Positions 61,585 through 64,000 of a DNA stretch of 64,000 nt are shown here, piece by piece. This stretch comes from an uncultured Nitrososphaerota archaeon. GTDB lineage: Archaea; Thermoproteota; Nitrososphaeria; Nitrososphaerales; Nitrosopumilaceae. The stretch spans positions 160,001 through 224,000 of the forward strand of contig CAWGPD010000001.1 in assembly GCA_963824385.1 (NCBI GenBank), written 5' to 3'. Numbering within the stretch: position 1 is the first letter of the stretch; each line of letters opens with the position of its first letter. A program made the position numbers and the translations under genes. Below the pieces are notes generated by a model. The model had not been told where the DNA came from. It did not search any database and saw only the letters and a list, made by a program, of their open reading frames with translations.

Positions 61585-62209
61585 ATGCCTACCATAGTAT
61601 TTGATTTTGATGGAACAATTGCAGATACGCTATCAGTAGTCATAAGAATTGCAAACAAATTTGCCGACCATTACGGATACAAAAAAATTCCCCTCAGTGA
61701 CTTGCCAAAGATTAGAGAGAAAAAGCCAAGTGCTGTATTAAAACACCTAGGGATATCAATATTCAAGACTTCCAATAGTTGTAAGAAAGATAAGATTTGA
61801 AATGAACAAGGAAATAGTTCATTTGAAAACTGCTGTAGACCTCAGAGACACACTTGTCCACCTCAAAGAAAATGGCTGTGTCCTAGGAATCTTGACTACA
61901 AACTCTAGAGAGAATGTTACCGAGTTTTTAAAGAATAACGATTTGCAATTGTTTGATTTCATATATTCTGGCAGAGCAGTGTTTGGAAAAGGCAGACTGC
62001 TAAAAAAATTGATGCACGATAAGACGATACCTCATGCTGATCCAATTTACATTGGAGACGAGATAAGAGATGTCGAAGCTGCAAAAAAGGCAGGAATCAA
62101 AGTCATAGGAGTGACATGGGGGTATAATACCAAGACTGCCTTGCTGACAGCTCATCCGGATCATGTCGTAGAAAAACCTGAAGAACTCAAAAGTATAATC
62201 CTAGAGTAG
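61585..62209 (+). CDS. HAD-family phosphatase, +1 frameshift at about 61768
   Basis: FDFDGTIADT, LTTN, YIGDEIRD and VTWGY motifs; AGACT->AGCT restores FKLPIVVRKIRFEM. Confidence 0.9.
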
Positions 62210-62276
62210 TGCCATATAAAAAATCAAGTCACATACAAGTTAATTTGAAATAACACATCAAGAGGCATCAGTAATT

Positions 62277-62480
62277 ATGAGTTCAGATGTAACAGAGGAA
62301 GAAAAAAAAGCACTTACACCAGAGTCAGGTTTTGATCTATGCGGAATTGATTATTTTGAATCACTTGGAAGAAGGCTCTATTTCATAGAACATTATGATA
62401 AATATCAAGACGCCCTCAAGGCAAAAAAAGACAGGGACCGTCCTGACGAATATCTTATACTATACAAGGGATCCTCCTAA
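62277..62480 (+). CDS. Small hypothetical protein
   Basis: 67-aa ORF. Confidence 0.6.
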   Translation: MSSDVTEEEKKALTPESGFDLCGIDYFESLGRRLYFIEHYDKYQDALKAKKDRDRPDEYLILYKGSS

Positions 62481-62515
62481 GAAAATTTCATAGCAATTAG
62501 TTCATAGATTTGATT

Positions 62516-62776
62516 TTACTTTTTACTTGCAGTTTTATTGTTTGATATTTTTTTAAATATCCTCACAGCTTCAAGATGCGAGCAGTTTGCTTTTAGTCCC
62601 TTGCCATGGTGAAATTTATAAAAATTTTTGAATCCCTCGCAGTCACAACTATCTGATGTCACCATGTATGACTTGGATGGGTCACTAGATGATTTTACCT
62701 GAAATAGATCGTCTTCAATCATAACAACACCATTTTTTGCCAAGGCGGTGGCCTTTTTGATGGTATTTGCGCTCAT
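62516..62776 (-). CDS. Stand-alone SWIM zinc-finger protein
   Basis: FQVKS...Y-x-V...CDC-x2-F...CSH-x2-AV. Confidence 0.8.
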   Translation of the reverse strand: MSANTIKKATALAKNGVVMIEDDLFQVKSSSDPSKSYMVTSDSCDCEGFKNFYKFHHGKGLKANCSHLEAVRIFKKISNNKTASKK

Positions 62777-62825
62777 AACTTTCAGTACATGTTCAATTAA
62801 ATAATCCTTAAGGTTTCAAACAATT

Positions 62826-63080
62826 TTATTTTTCTTTGTCAATAGAACCGCCCTGGCCTCTAATTGCAGCAAAGGTTGCAGTACTTGTAACATCTTGGAC
62901 ATCCCTTACAGATGTTATTGCGGCATGTAGATCTTCTTCCTTTTTTGCGGATACCTTGACAAATATATCATATCTGCCCATGATCCCGTTTACTTCAACA
63001 ACATTTGGCAATTTCTTAATTTTATCTACCGCGTCATCTTCCTGACCTGGGATACATGTTGCAAAGATGTATGCAATCAT
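62826..63080 (-). CDS. Lrp/AsnC ligand-binding (RAM) domain protein
   Basis: V-x-EV-x-GIMGRYDIFVKV...V-x-ST-x-T. Confidence 0.9.
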   Translation of the reverse strand: MIAYIFATCIPGQEDDAVDKIKKLPNVVEVNGIMGRYDIFVKVSAKKEEDLHAAITSVRDVQDVTSTATFAAIRGQGGSIDKEK

Positions 63081-63135
63081 GGGTATACATAGGAAATAAT
63101 AAGATAAAAGCTTAGAGCCAAGATTTAACTTTATT

Positions 63136-63366
63136 ATGATTAAATGTCAACTATACGTCATGCCCATAAAACCAGAAGATGTAGAATCCGAGTTAATCAA
63201 GCAAATGTTTGACGAGATAATGAAAATGATTCGTGAAAAACACATCAAACTAGAATCCATTGTTCAGAGAATGGTAGAGCAGGGCAACATACCACAGGAA
63301 TCATTTGATAGAATATATGCACTCCTCACAGAATATGGCAAAAAGAAACAATGGGTTAAAGAATAA
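63136..63366 (+). CDS. Small hypothetical protein
   Basis: Helical ORF of 68-76 aa. Confidence 0.55.
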   Translation: MIKCQLYVMPIKPEDVESELIKQMFDEIMKMIREKHIKLESIVQRMVEQGNIPQESFDRIYALLTEYGKKKQWVKE

Positions 63367-63477
63367 TTCTAGTCAGTAAAGTTTGAGATCATATAAAAAT
63401 CCCTCAAGGCAAGACCCAGTTTTATAATATTTGCAAGTCATAGCATTAGATTAGTTTTTGGATAATTTTGGATATAA

Positions 63478-63840
63478 TCAGAGTGGAATGTTTAGATTTT
63501 TAATTTTAGCAATTATTTCATCATGGTTAGAATCTGGGTTTGTTGAAAGTATCAAAAGGCCATCATCAAGAAACAATGTAATTAGTTTTACTTTTTCTTT
63601 GGATGTTATCATCCAGTTTGTCCTGCCCAGTTTTTCGTTAAACATTTCATCCCATGAAGCCTTGACAGACGCTTGATAATGAGCCATGTTACTTCACTCC
63701 TCATCAAGCAATGGTGATGCAGATGCCTTTCTGACAAACGTAATCAATTTTCTGTCTTTTATCCTACCAACAAAACGAACGCTAGCATCAAGATTTAGGA
63801 TCTGGTTATATGGATCTGCCTGTTTTATACGCTGAGCCAA
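63478..63840 (-). CDS. Roadblock-like (DUF6659-like) protein with an in-frame TGA at 63696-63694
   Basis: TTG 63840 MAQRIKQADPYNQILNLDASVRFVG...PLLDEE*SNMAHYQ... continues in frame into ORF 63687..63478. Confidence 0.7.
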
Positions 63841-64000
63841 TTGTTGAGGTATAGTTCATAAAGGAAATTTAACTCTATGGAATGATCTGATATCAAATCA
63901 TGACTGATAGAAAACAGGACTGGATGAAGGGCAATAGTACAATACAAGAAGGATCATATTTTTCAATGAGAGAGTGATATCATATTGCAGAACATGGAGT

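Noticed and set aside
92..63676. Numerous antisense or overlapping ORFs in the track (e.g. 7860-8330, 21105-21563, 51126-51542, 33128-33340, 61282-61503)
   Set aside because: They are shadows of well-supported genes or of better ORFs in other frames, with no recognisable motifs
63694..63696. Selenocysteine TGA
   Set aside because: No redox-motif context and no SECIS-like element seen; an AGCT miscall explains it

Overview
AT-rich archaeal chromosome segment from an ammonia-oxidising archaeon (Nitrososphaerota/Thaumarchaeota). The assignment rests on a tandem cupredoxin, PEFG-CTERM surface proteins, futalosine-pathway MqnD/MqnE, roadblock-like paralogues and TFB/TBP; a Nitrosotalea-like lineage is plausible but unproven. 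Core blocks: DPCK-Mrp-rpo7-spt4, nadC/nadA/nadX, ProDH/P5CDH, nurA-herA-mre11-rad50, tatC-tatA, purP, corA, SNF2 helicase, EF-2, mqnD, tfb, mqnE, tbp, msrA. An accessory patch of tiny ORFs lies at about 29.8-38.9 kb. Main observations: (1) of 11 reading-frame lesions, including two in essential EF-2, 10 fall in or beside a restorable AGCT, which looks like a base-modification footprint left as sequencing errors; (2) an unannotated, multi-branched ~140-nt structured RNA candidate at 57.15-57.29 kb; (3) a secreted protein ending in 8 perfect FAGVAYHPNQ(Q) repeats; (4) an identical 17-nt promoter module ahead of three unrelated micro-ORFs; (5) a C/D-box sRNA and several unannotated Zn-binding or basic micro-proteins. 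I found no CRISPR array, tRNA, rRNA, integrase or transposase. All calls come from reading the sequence by eye; no database searches were run.
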